DNA from: Heptranchias perlo
Lineage: Eukaryota
Reading direction: 5' to 3'
NCBI RefSeq assembly: GCF_035084215.1
Contig: NC_090340.1
Location: forward strand, 28,582,001-28,646,000
Length of the DNA: 64,000 bases
A model generated the notes under the pieces. It ran no database searches, was not told where the DNA came from, and saw nothing but the letters and a program-made list of their open reading frames with translations. A program made the translations under genes and the position numbers. This document shows positions 1 through 13,477 of the stretch, piece by piece. Positions within the stretch are counted from its first letter, which is position 1, and the number at the start of each line of letters is the position of its first letter.

Positions 1-1077
1 CAGGAACAGTGGCCTTTGGCCTAGGAATGAAACAATAATCAAAATGAAATGCATTGAAATTATGGTGTTGGAGGTAGGGCTACATCAGTATCCTTTGCAA
101 TGTGATACTGATCGATTCCCTGTAATGAAACTGGATCACTAATCTCAAATCAGAAGGTCGTAGCGACAGCAGGGTAGGAACAGCAAAGTTTAATATGGAG
201 GCATATGAATTAACGATGGCTGCAGGTTGGGTTGGGGAGGGCCATGTAGATTCATCCTGGTGTGAAGGTTGGCATATGTAAACGAGAAAGAGGAATGTAA
301 GTTGCCTGAGGGATTAATGAATCGAAGAAGAAATAATCTTGACAAAAACCTAAAATGAGTTTACTATTAGGACAACCATGTCTCAATTTAATTGTTTTTA
401 CATCACTGATAATATGCATTACATGGCCTGTGCAGGAAGGTAACTTAATAACTCACAAACTTATTTTGATTCTTTCACTGGCTGCACTTTCGAATTTAAA
501 TAGCTTTCCCCTTCAGTGTAAATGAGGAAGCACCTTCAGTTTAAATTCACCCTTCAAGTGACACATCAGCTTTCACTAAACATCAAGGTCATTGTTACCT
601 TGAGAGACCTAACATTGGTGTTACATTTCCATTATCAGAAAATGTTTAATTATTTTAAATTATGAACTTTCACATCCCTGAATCTCATGGGGCTGGGGTA
701 TCCAATGGACTTAGTGCTATTTTGATGGCTTTTAGATATTTTCAGGTCCTGAAATCTTCCCATACAGTGCAATGCCATTTGCTCCATGACACTCGGTTAT
801 AATTCCAGTACACTGATGTGACATTGCACTGAAAATGGACTTAGATGAATGTATGTTGATGAATTTGGTTTTGCTAACCTGTGCATCATCTCAATGAATA
901 CAATTACAGGTTTGTGCCATGACACATAGAACCGTGGTTACGATGTCAAAGCAGATACAAAAAGCTCAAGTAAAATTTAGCCCTCAGTCTGGTTAGCTAG
1001 ACCAGTGATGATGTAATGTTTCTACTCATCAAGTTGAAGGTTGTGAATGGGAATTAAACATTTTTTATTTCAGGCAA

Positions 1078-1290
1078 ACAGTGTCAGCATTAAGTACTCT
1101 CAGCGCCAGTATGACACAATTAGATGCAAAGTAAAGCTCGTTCTTCTCTTTCCCAACAATGTACCTTAGCCCCAACCTCTGAAGAGTACCCTCTACTTCA
1201 TCAGTGTGACTTTTTCTCAGTTCTCACTCCAGCCAGCCTCTGGCCTGTTTGAGTAAAAATACCAATTTAATGCTAATTCTTCTGAATTAG
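1078..1290 (-). mobile_element. Ancient SINE relic, LF-SINE-like 3' half (tentative)
   Basis: Minus strand ggttggggctaaggtacattgttggg...agctttact resembles the LF-SINE 3' domain from memory. Similar decayed sequence occurs at ~31265-31390 and ~43465-43620. Confidence 0.3.
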
Positions 1291-1813
1291 GAATCGTTTT
1301 GTACTGTGTATCCAAGCCAGGAAAGAACTAGATTGAGACTTCCTAAATTCACATAATGCATGTTTGATGTCCAGGACAAGAAGATTATGTCATGATAACA
1401 TTTATTTAAAACTGGTTTTGTTTGTGCAGATTCTGTGTGGATCAAATGTCACTATTCTTTCCTGTGACTAGAAGAACCTTTTTCGAGGACAAGCACATTT
1501 TAAAAGGAGAGGTAACGGGTATATGTTTTGTAATTTACAGACTGTTGTACAGACAGAAATGGATTGAAAACAATTCTTTTGGACAGGAACATTTTTTAAG
1601 AAATTACAGAATACTTTTACATATATGAACAGCTGTATCTGAGGAAATTATAGAAAAGAGGCACTCGAGTATGTTAATTCATTATTAAGGTATGTTGTTA
1701 ATTTAATAGTAATTTAAAAATCTGTCCCTTGCATAATCTTATGATAAATGTTTTGATTGCACAGTATGCCCAATGCAAATTTCAGGGAAGTTTATCCAAA
1801 GAATACAGACTAT

Positions 1814-1981
1814 GGCCCTAAAATTCCACAGGATTCTCCTGATCTCCTGCTGTGATGGTGGCAGGACACCAGCAGAACCCCCAGAAAAACGGCCGTTGAT
1901 GCCGTTTTGCTGGCAGTTCCAGTGGGCTCTGCTGAAGTTATGGTTGGAGACTGAGAGAACATCTGTAGAAGTTTAGGGGCC
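1814..1981. mobile_element. Small MITE with Harbinger-like termini (paralog at 15048-15215)
   Basis: Starts ggccctaaaattccacagg and ends tctgt(a/g)gaagtttaggggcc, an imperfect ~19-bp TIR. Present in both duplicate copies, so it predates the duplication. No clear TSD. Confidence 0.6.
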
Positions 1982-2404
1982 ACATTGCCCCCCTATAATG
2001 ATTTCAGTGAAACCTGTAAATTCAGACACTTGCAGTATAACTGGCGAGTGATATCATTAATATAACCATGCACTGAATTCTGGGAAGTGATGTGACACCA
2101 CCTCAAATATGTAGACTCCCATAATTTGACCTTCACATTGGCTGCAATATATCTGGTGGGAAAGCATGTTTTTAAACAACAAAATTAAAGTATAAAAATA
2201 TCTCATTGGTTCAATAGACTGCCTTTACATTTTCAATCTTAATAAAGTACTGACTGTACAGTAGTTTAACAGACATCCTGAAGAAAACCCCATATATGTG
2301 GCTTGCATTGTTTATAAAGCAATTACCCCCAGTCAAACTGGTATCTGCAGTATAAAAGAGCCATATGGTTTGTTATACCAGGAAGATTCCCTTTTGTAAG
2401 TAAA

Positions 2405-3925
2405 GACTGGTATTATTATAATGTTTTATCACTTGTCTCAAATGTCACAAAGTGCTTCACCATAAATTACTTCAAGGTGCAGTGGGTGTTGTTACGTAGC
2501 AAACGTGGCAATCAGTTTGCTCCCAGCAAGATCTTACAAACAACAAGGAGATAAATAACCAATTCATGATAGAATCATAGAATCATAGAAAATTTATGCC
2601 ACAGAAGGAGGCCATTCGGCCCATCATGTCCACGCTGGCTGAAAATGAGCCATCCAGCCTAATCCAACTTTTCAGCACTTGGTCTGTAGCCTTGTAGGTC
2701 ACGGCACTTCAGGTGCATATCCAGGTACTTTTTAAATGAGATGAAGGTTTCTGCCTCTACTACCCTTTCAGGCAGTGAGTTCCAGACCCCCACCACCCTT
2801 TGGGTGAAAAAAATTTTCCTCAGCTCCCTCTAAACCTTCTACCAATCACTTTAAATCAATGCCCCCTGGTTATTGACCTCTCTACTAATGGAAATAGGTC
2901 CTTCCTATCCACTCTATCTAGGCCCCTCATAATTTTGCACACCTCAATTAAATCACCCCTCAGCCTCCTCTGTTCCAAAGAGAACAACCCCAGCCTATCC
3001 AATCTTTCCTCATAGCTAAAATTCTCCAATCCTGGTAACATCCTCGTAAATCTCCTCTGCACCCTCTCCAGTGCAATTACATCCTTCCTGTCATGTGGTG
3101 ACCAGAACTGTACACAGTACTCAAGCTGTGGCTTAACCAGTGTTTTATACAGTTCCAGCATAATCTCCCTGCTCTTATATTCTGCGCCTCGCCTAATAAA
3201 GGAAAGTATTCCATATGCCTTCTTAACCACCTTATCGGCCTGTTCTGCTACCTTCAGGGATCTGTGGACATGCACTCCAAGATCCCTCACTTCCTCTACA
3301 CCTTTCAGTATCCTCTCATTTATTGTGTACTCCCTTGTCTTGTTTGCCCTCCCCAAATGCACTAGCTCACACTTCTCTGGATTGAATTCCATTTGCCACT
3401 TTTCTGCCCACCTGACCAGTCCATTGATATTGTCCTGCAGTCTACAGCTTTCCTCCTCATCATCAACCACATGACCAATTTTTGTATCATCTGCAAACTT
3501 CTTAATCATGCCCCCTACATTTAAGTCCAAATCATTAATATATATCACAAAAAGCAAGGGACCTAATACTGAGCCCTGTGGAACCCCACTTGAAACAGCC
3601 TTCCAGTCACAAAAACACCCGTCAACCATTACCCTTTGCTTCCTGCCACTGAGCCAATTTTGGATCCAACTTGCTACACACCCTTGGATCCCATGGGCTT
3701 GTACTTTTTTGACCAGTCTGCCATGTGGGATCTTGTCAAAAGCTTTGCTAAAATCCATATAGACTACATCAAATGATGGTTGGTGATGTTGAAGAAGGAA
3801 TGTTGGCAAAGACACACAGAAAAATCCCTGCTCTTCTTCGAGTATTGCAATGGGTGGAATGTCCACCTGAGCCAAAGAAAGAAACAGAGCCTTATTTTAA
3901 TGTATAATCTGAAGGACAGCATATT
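2405..3925 (-). mobile_element. Deu-domain SINE (SacSINE1/AmnSINE1-like), split by a CR1 insertion
   Basis: Minus strand has a Deu-like core (ctcaggtggacatt...gaagaagagcaggga...ccaacatt) and an L2-type tail. The paralog at ~15640-15950 is uninterrupted. Confidence 0.65.
2571..3772 (-). mobile_element. 5'-truncated CR1 LINE (RT C-terminal half and 3' tail), copy A only
   Basis: ORF motifs YMDFSKAFDKIPH, GVPQGSVLGP, KFADDTK and LEYCVQFWSP. The tail is (ATTCTATG)n on the minus strand. TSD atgat at 2566-2570 and 3773-3777. Empty site at ~15800. Confidence 0.95.
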
Positions 3926-5304
3926 TTATGTTTCGTTAGCATCTTAAATATTGATGATTATACTTCATTTTTGTGTTTGTTGAGATAAAGAATAATATTA
4001 CACTGATGAAAGACAGTTTATCTTATGCGTGCTCTCTTTCTTCTCCTCCCCCTCCAAGAAGACCAACACAAGTCAGAAGTTATACAGACAATAGCTACGA
4101 TCCTTATTGTCGCACGTGGGGTGCAAGCTCTCTCACATCCCATGTACACAAAATTGTTGATGCAAAATGAGGAGCACTGGCATTTTGACTTAGTCATTGT
4201 TATTCACTGTCTAAGCATTCATATTTGTGCTACATTGCAACATATATTTTGACTTTCCTTTGAACTATTAGAATAGTGAGTACAATGCCCAGGAACCAAT
4301 TTGTGTAGTAATGTTCCTTCAAATGTTATTCCACATAATTAAAGCAGGCATTTATAAAATGTGAAGTTACTTGTTCTAATGTCAGATTGGTGTAAAATCT
4401 CCCACTCAAAATCAGCACTGAAGTAACTAAGTGAGACCTAAGCTGACATAAGCAGTCTAATTTAATCCTGATTCACCACCCGTCCCGTGATTTGGCAGTA
4501 CACATATCAGAGGAAAGCTCAGTATGATTGTAACGAACATGTATGTGTTTTACAGTGGAAAACAGGCCAAAGAGAGGATTGAGGCATGCGGTGCAACTGA
4601 TTGCTTTAACTTGCGTTTTAACAACTATTAGCACAGAAGGGCCATTTTCAAATATTTACTTAAAACACAACACGCAGTCTCACCTCTAATCCAGTATACT
4701 GGCTTTAGGAGTGAAGGTTTCCACAATGTATTAATGTCCATTCCCTTTGGTGTGCTTGTTTCCGTAATTGCACAATTTATTAGTTCTGTCCACCACATGT
4801 CCTAGTTGAATAGACACACGGTGTGAACAGAAGGTCAAATTGAGTTTGAATCAATTGAATTCAGTTCCATGATTAGTCTTGGTGAAAGCTGCAATGTCCA
4901 ACAAAATGTTTCACGTGGTTCAAAAGCTCAACATTAAGCACTGCCACATATTGAAAATGGTATCATTAACACATTTGTTACGAAAGTATTTTTCTGTTAC
5001 ACTGATTGATTGAGTACTGGTTCTTATATTAGCTCTGTGCACTTTGTAAAAATAGTTTTTATTGCAAGGTCGTGATCTGTGAAACACTTTTTAAATGTCT
5101 TCAAAATCAAGAAACTGTAAAGTACAATTTCCAATGAATGATTTTGATGCTGGACTTTAGGTTTTATTGAGGATCTCTGGTGTGTGGAAGAGAGTTGGAA
5201 GGGTTCATACTCAGTAGGACAGTAAATGCTTTAGCTTCCCATTATATAATGTTTATAAATAGCTTAGTGGGTAAATGTACCATGTGGCCCAATGTTCTAT
5301 CCTT

Positions 5305-5570
5305 ATTACATCCTAAGTTTACTAATCTCAAATGGGACAGCTGTTGCGGCACAACAATTAGCCTAATCACTCCCGGGGCAGAGAAGGGGGAAAGGAATCA
5401 GTCAAGATTTCTCCTCCCAACTGTTATCGATTGATCCCTGCTGGAAACTACATGTGTTTAGAGGTTTGTTGAGGGCAAGATCAGGTTCAGTTATTGATTC
5501 CATACATTGTGTCTAGGTTGAACACTCTCTGTCTGCGCTCACAGGGGTGAGGAGCTGGCGTCCATAGAAT
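5305..5570 (+). mobile_element. Old SINE, AmnSINE2-like (tentative); the copy B paralog is split by a Harbinger
   Basis: Shares the blocks ctaatctc...aggggaaa...ctcc...atc...cccctgctg...ggctcaca with 38570-38930. Family name from memory of the consensus. Confidence 0.45.
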
Positions 5571-6007
5571 TACTCAAGAAAATGTTGTAATTTGGAATTT
5601 GCTTAGGCACTGAGATCTAATGCTGAACTCTTGACTAATGAGATTTACCATGGAAACTGAATACTCTTTGGTTCAGAATGTGCACTCCAGGCATCCCTGC
5701 ATATTGAAATGTCTTCTAGGGTCAGGAAATTGCACTCCTGAATGGTTGGGCCTCCTGTGATTATTTGAAACACAACCATATGCAGATAGACAATGTATGA
5801 CACTATGCCACCTTAACTCCTCGTCCTTGCACATAAATTAACTAAGCAATTCCATCTGATAGACAACAAATCTTTTTAAAATTATTTCTAAAAAAAAATC
5901 AAGCCTTTTATGCTCCTTCTTTTATAGAAGCCCAAGTATTTTCATTTTATTTTTGTACTTTCTCCTGGGAAGAAAATAAGGCACTGGACCACACAACTTG
6001 GAAACCA

Positions 6008-7438
6008 TAGAATCATTGAAGCGTTACAGCACAGAAGGAGGCCATTCGGCCCATCGAGCTTGTGCCGGCTCTTTTTAAGAGCAATCCAGTTAGACCCATT
6101 CCCCCACTCTTTCCCTATAGCCCTACAAATTTTTTCCCTTCTAATATTTATCCAATTCCTTTTCGAAAGCCATGTTTGAATCTGCATCCACTACGCTTTC
6201 AGACAATACATTCAAGATCATAACTACTTGCTGCATCAAAAAGTTTTTCCTCACATCGCCTTTGGTTCTTTTGCCAATCCCCTTAAATCTGTGTCCTCTG
6301 ATTCTCGAAACTTCTGCCAATGGGAACAGTTTCTCTTTATTTACTTTATCTAAACCTGTCATGATTTTGAACACTTCTATCAAATCTCCTCTCAACCTTC
6401 TCTGCCCTAAGGAGAACAACCCCAGCTTCTCCAGTCTATCCACGTAACTGAAGTCCCTCATCCCTGGCACCATTCTAGTAAATATTTTCTGCACCCTCTC
6501 TAAGGCCTTCACATCCTTCCTAAAGTACGGTGCCCAGAATTGGACACAATACTCCAGTTGTAGCCGAACCAGTGTATTATAAACGTTCAACATAACTTCC
6601 TTGCTTTTGTACTCTGTGCCTCCATTTATAAAGCCCAGGATCCTGTATGCTTTTTTAACAGCTTTCTCAACCTGTCCTGCCACCTTCAAAGATTTGTGCA
6701 TATATAACCCCAGGTCTCTCTGTTCCTGCACCCCCTTTAGAATTGTACCATTTAGTTTATATTGCCTCTCCTTATTCTTCCTGCCAAAATGTATCACTTT
6801 GCACGTCTCTGCATTAAATTTCATCTGCCATGTGTCCGCCCATTCCACCAGCCTGTCTATGTCCTCTTGAAATCTATTAATATCCTCCTCACTGTTTACT
6901 ACACTCCGAAGTTTTGTTTCATCTGCAAATTTTGAAATTGTGCCCTGTACATCCAAGTCCAGGTCATTAATATATATATCAAAAAAAGCAGTGGTTCTAG
7001 TACTGACCCCTAGGGAACACCGCTGTATAACTTCCTCCAGTCCGAGAAACAACCGTTCACCACCACTGTCTGTTTCCTGTTACTTAGCCAATTCTGTATC
7101 CATGCTGCCAGTGCCCCTTTTATATCATGGGGCTTCAATTTTGCTGACAAGCCTACTATGTGGCACTTTATCAGACGCCTTTTGAAAGTCCAAATACACA
7201 TCAATCGCATTGCCCTCATCAACCCTCTCTATTACCTCATCAAAAAACTCTATCAAGTTAGTTGAACACGATTTGTGCTGGCTTTCCTTTATTAATCCAC
7301 ACTTGTCCAAGTGACTATTAATTTTTTCCCGGATTATCGTTTCTAAAAGCATCACCACCTCCGAGGTTAAACTGATTGGCCTGTAGTTGCCGGGTTTATC
7401 CTTACACCCATTTTTGAACAAGGGTGTAACATTTGCAT
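6008..7438 (-). mobile_element. 5'-truncated CR1 LINE with frameshifted RT, copy A only
   Basis: Motifs ANVTPLFK, NYRPISLTS, YLDFQKA.DKVPH, KFADETK and LEYCVQFWAP. 10-bp TSD ttggaaacca at 5998-6007 and 7439-7448. Empty site at ~22473-22482. Confidence 0.95.
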
Positions 7439-7539
7439 TTGGAAACCAGTTTAGAAGACGCTTACATATAGCTGTGGAATCTTCATCGTTTCTTCCAATT
7501 CCAAGTGAGAAAACAGACAAACCTCTATCTAACATGCTC

Positions 7540-10260
7540 AGGATCTCTGACAGTACTGGAATTTCACCTGTGGATTGCAGAGTGGCCTATGTCATCCTAA
7601 TATTTTTTTAAAACCGATGAATCATAGACCAGTTGATTTAGCATTTTTAGTGGAGAAAATGCTTGAGGGCATTTTCTAGGATGCTATCAATGTTATAAAG
7701 CACAGAGACCATAAGAGGCAATCAGCATGGATTTAAAAGCAATCAGTTATGCCTCAAAAAATGTGGGAATCCTTTAAGGAAGTGACTCAATTAGTGAACA
7801 ATGGATATCCGGTGGAGGTAATATACTCGGATTTTCTACAGGCATTTGACAACGTTCCACATCACAGGCTTCTAAAAAAGATAATGGTGCATGAAAGAAA
7901 TGTCAAATTAACTAAATAGATTGATAATAAGTTTGGCAATAGAAATCAGGAGTGAATGATAAAGGAACAAGTTTGTACTTAGGACCAGTGACTGGTAGGG
8001 TTTCTTAGCAGTTTGTTTTAGGTTTTTTGCTCTTTGCACTATTCGTAAATGATATAGAAAAGGATTTTTTTTGTAATAGAATATTTGTAGAGTCCAGATA
8101 TCCTCTGCAGGGGAGGGCAATAAAATCCAAAAGAATCTATGCAAAATAAATAGATAGGCTGAGGAATGACAAATTATATTTAATGTGAATGCATTATGAT
8201 GCACTAAGTATAGAAAATGTGAAACATGTATAGAATAGATGGATGTCAAATGAAAAAGAAGAAATCAGATTTGGGTCTACCCATCAACCATTCAATTACA
8301 GTGTCCATATAAGGCCATTGTCAACAAGGCAAATGGAGGCCTTGGATTATGTAACATTTTGAGATTTTTACACTTTCAGCCTACAGAGGATCTTTGGTTT
8401 AATTTATAGTACATTACCTATGTAAAGTCAGGTGCAGTTTACAAAGAATTAATTCCAGCATACTTTTCTGATTTCACATTGAAAAGCCTATAAACACTGA
8501 ATAGTTGGTGATTTGCAATGTTAATATGCTATTCCACTGTAAAATTAATAGCCATTAAAACTGTTTACTTTTGGAAAATACATTTGCTTTGAAATAAAGG
8601 GAATCCATTGAGTACATCCCAGAGCAGTTAGCATCCTAATGTTACAATGGGTTTTTATTCAATCTGTCCAGAGTGGGAGAGGAGGGGTTGATCTCACCTT
8701 AAAAGACAATTGTACAAGGAGTGATAAGAAATAGATGTATTTAACGGAGAAACTGTGTTACATTCATTCATATATTTCATGTAAAATAAACCAGTTTGTT
8801 GGGTCACAATCAGCTTCGTCTCACAAGAATGCCATTCACCCCATCTTTTGAACAGATAGGAGAACACACATAGAGGTGTGTGCAAGATCATAGTATCCCA
8901 GTGCACACAACAGGAGGGGTATTATTTTAATGATCCCCAAGTCACACTATTGTATAACTAGACATTAGGCAGCAAAGGTGCTCTCCAGATCATAGAGAAT
9001 TCAAGATCTGCTTATGGTAATGGCCAGTGATACTGAACTTGATAGAATATCAACTGTAGGCCTCTAAATTTGTAATAGATGCCTCTCTTGAGATGTCTGA
9101 TTCAAAGTCAAAGCAAGCTACTTGAAACCTTGTTGGTGAGATCACATTTGAAACATTGTATGTGGGTATGGGTTTCTTAACTTCAAAAGTACACTGATAC
9201 ATTTGAGGAGGTTGAGAAACAAGGTGGATGATTCCAGGAGCCAAGACATAGGGCCAAAACTTGCTTCGATTGGCATGGTAAGGCTCTCCGCACATGCTGC
9301 GGATAAAAAGTACGAATATACTCAATGTCCATTTGCTGAATTTTGAAATCTTCTCCAGCGGTGTGCTCCGAGATCAGCGCAGGCCATGTGCGTGTGCAAA
9401 GACTGTGGGAATGCAAGCCTCGCCCACAAGCAAGCATGTAATACTCATTCATTTAAAGTGACATTCCCTCTGTTAGTCTAAATAAAAATTTAACATAATA
9501 GCGTACCTTATAAAAAGGCAAGGAAATGATTTATAATGTACTGAAAAGTACAGAAATTAAAAGTTTAAAAAAATGTTAATTTTTAGTAACATTTTTTAAT
9601 GATCAAAACATATTAAAATAAGAATAATTAGACATTCTACATTTTTAAAATTTAATTTTTTGTTGCTTTGCAGTCATTAAAAGTAGCGTAGGGCTGGTAT
9701 TTTCAAGCGTACCTTCTCGTGGTGTAAGTATCTTCGTTCCAGCTGGGCAGATGGGGGAAGTTTACTGATGTTTGCTGATTGTACTGATCGTAGCTTTGAT
9801 GACCCTTTAATTCGTAACTGTCAAAACGCCGGTGAACCAATCGGAGCAAGTTTGCAATTTTGGGGTTTAATTGCGCATGTGCGCATTTGCGAACTTGCTC
9901 CGATGGATTCGACGGCGGTTGGGATGGACGCCATTACGGAGCGGTGTCCAAGGAAAGTAAGTTCTGGGCCATAACGTTTAGAGGATATGTTGACAGAATT
10001 TAGGTTTTCCTCATTGGACAAGAAAATAAAGGATTTAATTTAAGTATTTAAATTGCTGAAAGACTGGGATAATGTAGGAATAAGTAATTATTCAAAACAC
10101 AAGGATAAAATCAGAACACACTGTATACCCATAGAGAAGCAGATATGTGGAATAGATTCTCACCACAAATACCACATGATCAATGTGATGCTACTTATGG
10201 TAAATTAGAGGACACATGTTTTAAAAGGACAGGAATGATATGGCATATAAGGTACAATGT
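7540..10260 (+). mobile_element. Highly decayed, fragmented CR1 RT relic predating the duplication (paralog ~22530-26280)
   Basis: Degenerate DCRVAYVILIFF, VEVIYSDFLQAFDNVPHHRLL and LVRSHLKHC(M/I)WVW on the plus strand, interrupted by other sequence. Confidence 0.7.
9251..9970. mobile_element. Non-autonomous PIF/Harbinger-type element (720 bp), copy A only
   Basis: TIRs gggccaaaacttgctt and aagtaagttctgggcc (13/16 match). 3-bp TSD ata. Empty site gacataacg at ~25968-25976. Confidence 0.85.
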
Positions 10261-11281
10261 ATTAGTCTGCTGCTAAGGCACAGTACATGGCTGCTGAAAG
10301 GGTTTGAAAAGAGGCTTTTGCGAGATATGCTCAGCGATAGTTAATTCCTGGAAAATAAATCCTTCTTTTATATATCCACAGCTTGTAGAAAAATAAAGAA
10401 ATAAATGTATTCCCCTCAGTTACATAAATACATAAATTTGTGCATGTAATATGGGGCAGAAGGATTGTTCCATGATTCTTTTGTCCAGTGAAGTAATCTA
10501 AGGCATGGGGGCAAAGTGGAAATGTGTTTAATTTTTGATCAGATTTAGAGAGAATGCAGGAAGCCCAAAGGCCACAGACCTGGGCCTATATATTGGGAGT
10601 AACATTTCTGAGGGAGGGTGATGAGAGTGGGAGGAGTATGTCTCCGGAACAAAATGGTGGCTGAAAGGATTTTCAAAAATATTTGGAGGAATTTAATTGA
10701 TTCTTCTCCTTGCTATTGGGAGCAGTTTGCTTATTTTTGATTGGTATTTTTTAAACATTATGATAGTTTTCATTCCTGCTTGCTACTTGTTCATTAATAC
10801 ATTTCTGACTTAGTCACTGCCTTATGAATATAAAATGTCAGACAATCTGGTGCAAGCAAGATATTTAAATTTTCAGTGACACGTGTGATGCCTGAGGTGT
10901 AATGAACAAAATGTTTGCTAGGTGCAAGACTTTTTTTTATGTATAAATTTATTCACTCCTTTTAATAGAGCTTAAATTGATATTTGATTATGAAACAGAT
11001 TGGAAGGTATAGTATCAAGATAATGAAATATTCTACTGAATGTTATGCTTCATTCTTCCTGGGATGAGAGGGTTGTCCTTTGAGGAGAGGTTGAGTAGAA
11101 TGGGCACATACTGTGGAGTTTAGAAGACTGAGAGGTGATCTCATTGAAACATGTAAGATTCTGAGGGGCTTGACAGGGTAGATGCTGAGAGGCTGATTCC
11201 CCTGGCTAGAACTAGAGGGCATAATCTCAGGATAAGGGGTTGGTCATTTAAGACTGAGATGAGGAGGAATTACTTCACTCA

Positions 11282-13477
11282 TCTGTGTGGCACTACCACC
11301 GTGCTAAATGGGATAGATTCAGAACAGATCTAGCAGCTCAAAACTGGGCATCCATGAGGCGCTGTGGGCCATCGGCAGCAGAATTGTATTCCAGCACAAT
11401 GTGTAACCTCATGGCCCGGCATATTCCTCACTCTACCATTACCAACAAGCCAGGGGATCAACCCTGGTTCAATGAGGAGTGTAGAAGAGCATGCCAGGAG
11501 CAGCACCAGGCGTACCTAAAAATGAGGTGCCAACCTGGTGAAGCTACAACTCAGGACTACATGCATGCTAAACAGCGGAAGCAACATGCTATAGACAGAG
11601 CTAAGCGATTCCACAACCAACGGATCAGATCAAAGCTCTGCAGTCCTGCCACATCCAGTCGTGAATGGTAGTGGACAATTAAACAACTAACGGGAGGAGG
11701 AGGCTCTGCAAACATCCCCATCCTCAATGATGGCGGAGTCCAGCACGTGAGTGCAAAAGACAAGGCTGAAGTGTTTGCAACCATCTTCAGCCAGAAGTGC
11801 GGAGTGGATGATCCATCTCGGCCTCCTCCCGATATCCCCATCATCACGGAAGCCAGTCTTCGGCCAATTCGATTCACTCCACGTGATATCAAGAAACGGC
11901 TGAGTGCACTGGATACAGCAAAGGCTATGGGCCCCGACAACCTCCCAGCTGTAGTGCTGAAGACTTGTGCTCCAGAACTAGCTGCGCCTCTAGCCAAGCT
12001 GTTCCAGTACAGCTACAATACTGGCATCTACCCGACAATGTGGAAAATTGCCCAGGTATGTCCTGTCCACAAAAAGCAGGACAAATCCAATCCGGCCAAT
12101 TACCGCCCCATCAGTCTACTCTCAATCATCAGCAAAGTGATGGAAGGTGTCGTCGACAGTGCTATCAAGCGGCACTTACTCACCAATAACCTGCTCACCG
12201 ATGCTCAGTTTGGGTTCTGCCAGGACCACTCGGCTCCAGACCTCATTACAGCCTTGGTCCAAACATGTACAAAAGAGCTGAATTCCAGAGGTGAGGTGAG
12301 AGTGACTGCCCTTGACATCAAGGCAGCATTTGACCGAGTGTGGCACCAAGGAGCCCTAGTAAAATTGAAGTCAATGGGAATCAGGGGGAAAGCTCTCAAG
12401 TGGCTGGAGTCATACCTAGCACAAAGGAAGATGGTAGTGGTTGTTGGAGGCCAATCATCTCAGCCCCAGGACATTGCTGCAGGAGTTCCTCAGGGCAGTG
12501 TCCTAGGCCCAACCATCTTCAGCTGCTTCATCAATGACCTTCCCTCCATCATAAGGTCAGAAATGGGGATGTTCGCTGATGACTGCACAGTGTTCAGTTC
12601 CATTCGCAACCCCTCAAATAATGAAGCAGTCCGAGCCCGCATGCAGCAAGACCTGGACAACATCCAGGCTTGGGCTCATAAGTGGCAAGTAACATTCGCG
12701 CCAGATAAGTGCCAGGCAATGACCATCTCCAACAAGAGAGAGTCTAACCACCTCCCCTTGACATTCAACGGCATTACCATCGCCGAATCCCCCACCATCA
12801 ACATCCTGGGGGTCACCATTGACCAGAAACTTAACTGGACCAGCCATATAAATACTGTGGCTGCGAGAGCAGGACAGAGGCTGGGTATTCTGCGGCGAGT
12901 GACTCACCTCCTGACTCCCCAAAGCCTTTCCACCATCTACAAGGCACAAGTCAGGAGTGTGATGGAATACTCTCCACTTGCCTGGATGAGTGCAGCTCCA
13001 ACAACACTCAAGAAGCTCGACACCATCCAAGATAAAGCAGCCCGCTTGATTGGCACCCCATCCACCACCCTAAACATTCACTCCCTTCACCACCGGCGCA
13101 CTGTGGCTGCAGTGTGCACCATCCACAGGATGCACTGCAGCAACTCGCCAAGGCTTCTTCGACAGCACCTCCCAAACCCGCGACCTCTACCACCTAGAAG
13201 GACAAGAGCAGCAGGTACATGGGAAGAACACCACCTGCACGTTCCCCTCCAAGTCACACACCATCCCGACTTGGAAATATATCGCCGTTCCTTCATTGTC
13301 GCTGGGTCAAAATCCTGGAACTCCCTTCCTAACAGCACTGTGGGAGAACCGTCACCACACGGACTGCAGCGGTTCAAGAAGACGGCTCACCACCACCTTC
13401 TCGAGGGCAATTAGGGATGGGCAATAAATGCTGGCCTCGCCAGCGACGCCCACATCCCGTGAACGAATAAAAAAAAA
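11282..13477 (+). mobile_element. Young 5'-truncated HER1-like (CR1-group) LINE, copy A only
   Basis: One reading frame over 11285-13414 with a single TAG at 11669-11671. RT motifs NYRPISLLS, LDIKAAFDRVWH, GVPQGSVLGP and MFADDC. A-rich tail. TSD actca at 11277-11281 and 13478-13482. Confidence 0.93.
11285..13414 (+). pseudogene. LINE ORF2 reverse transcriptase; endonuclease domain lost, one nonsense codon
   Basis: ORFs 11285..11671 and 11747..13414 are in the same frame and cover the full RT domain. Confidence 0.9.

Noticed and set aside
1430-1690. Plus-strand exon candidates with AG/GT ends
   Set aside because: The implied intron is only 29 nt, the second piece has stops in all frames, and the region is missing from copy B.
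1773-1976. ORF conserved in both duplicates (also 14935-15210)
   Set aside because: It is mostly MITE sequence, and the conservation is explained by the duplication.
2856-3875. 339-aa ORF as a host gene or novel RT fusion
   Set aside because: The first ~35 residues are chance read-through from the flanking SINE. The rest is truncated CR1 ORF2 bounded by a TSD.
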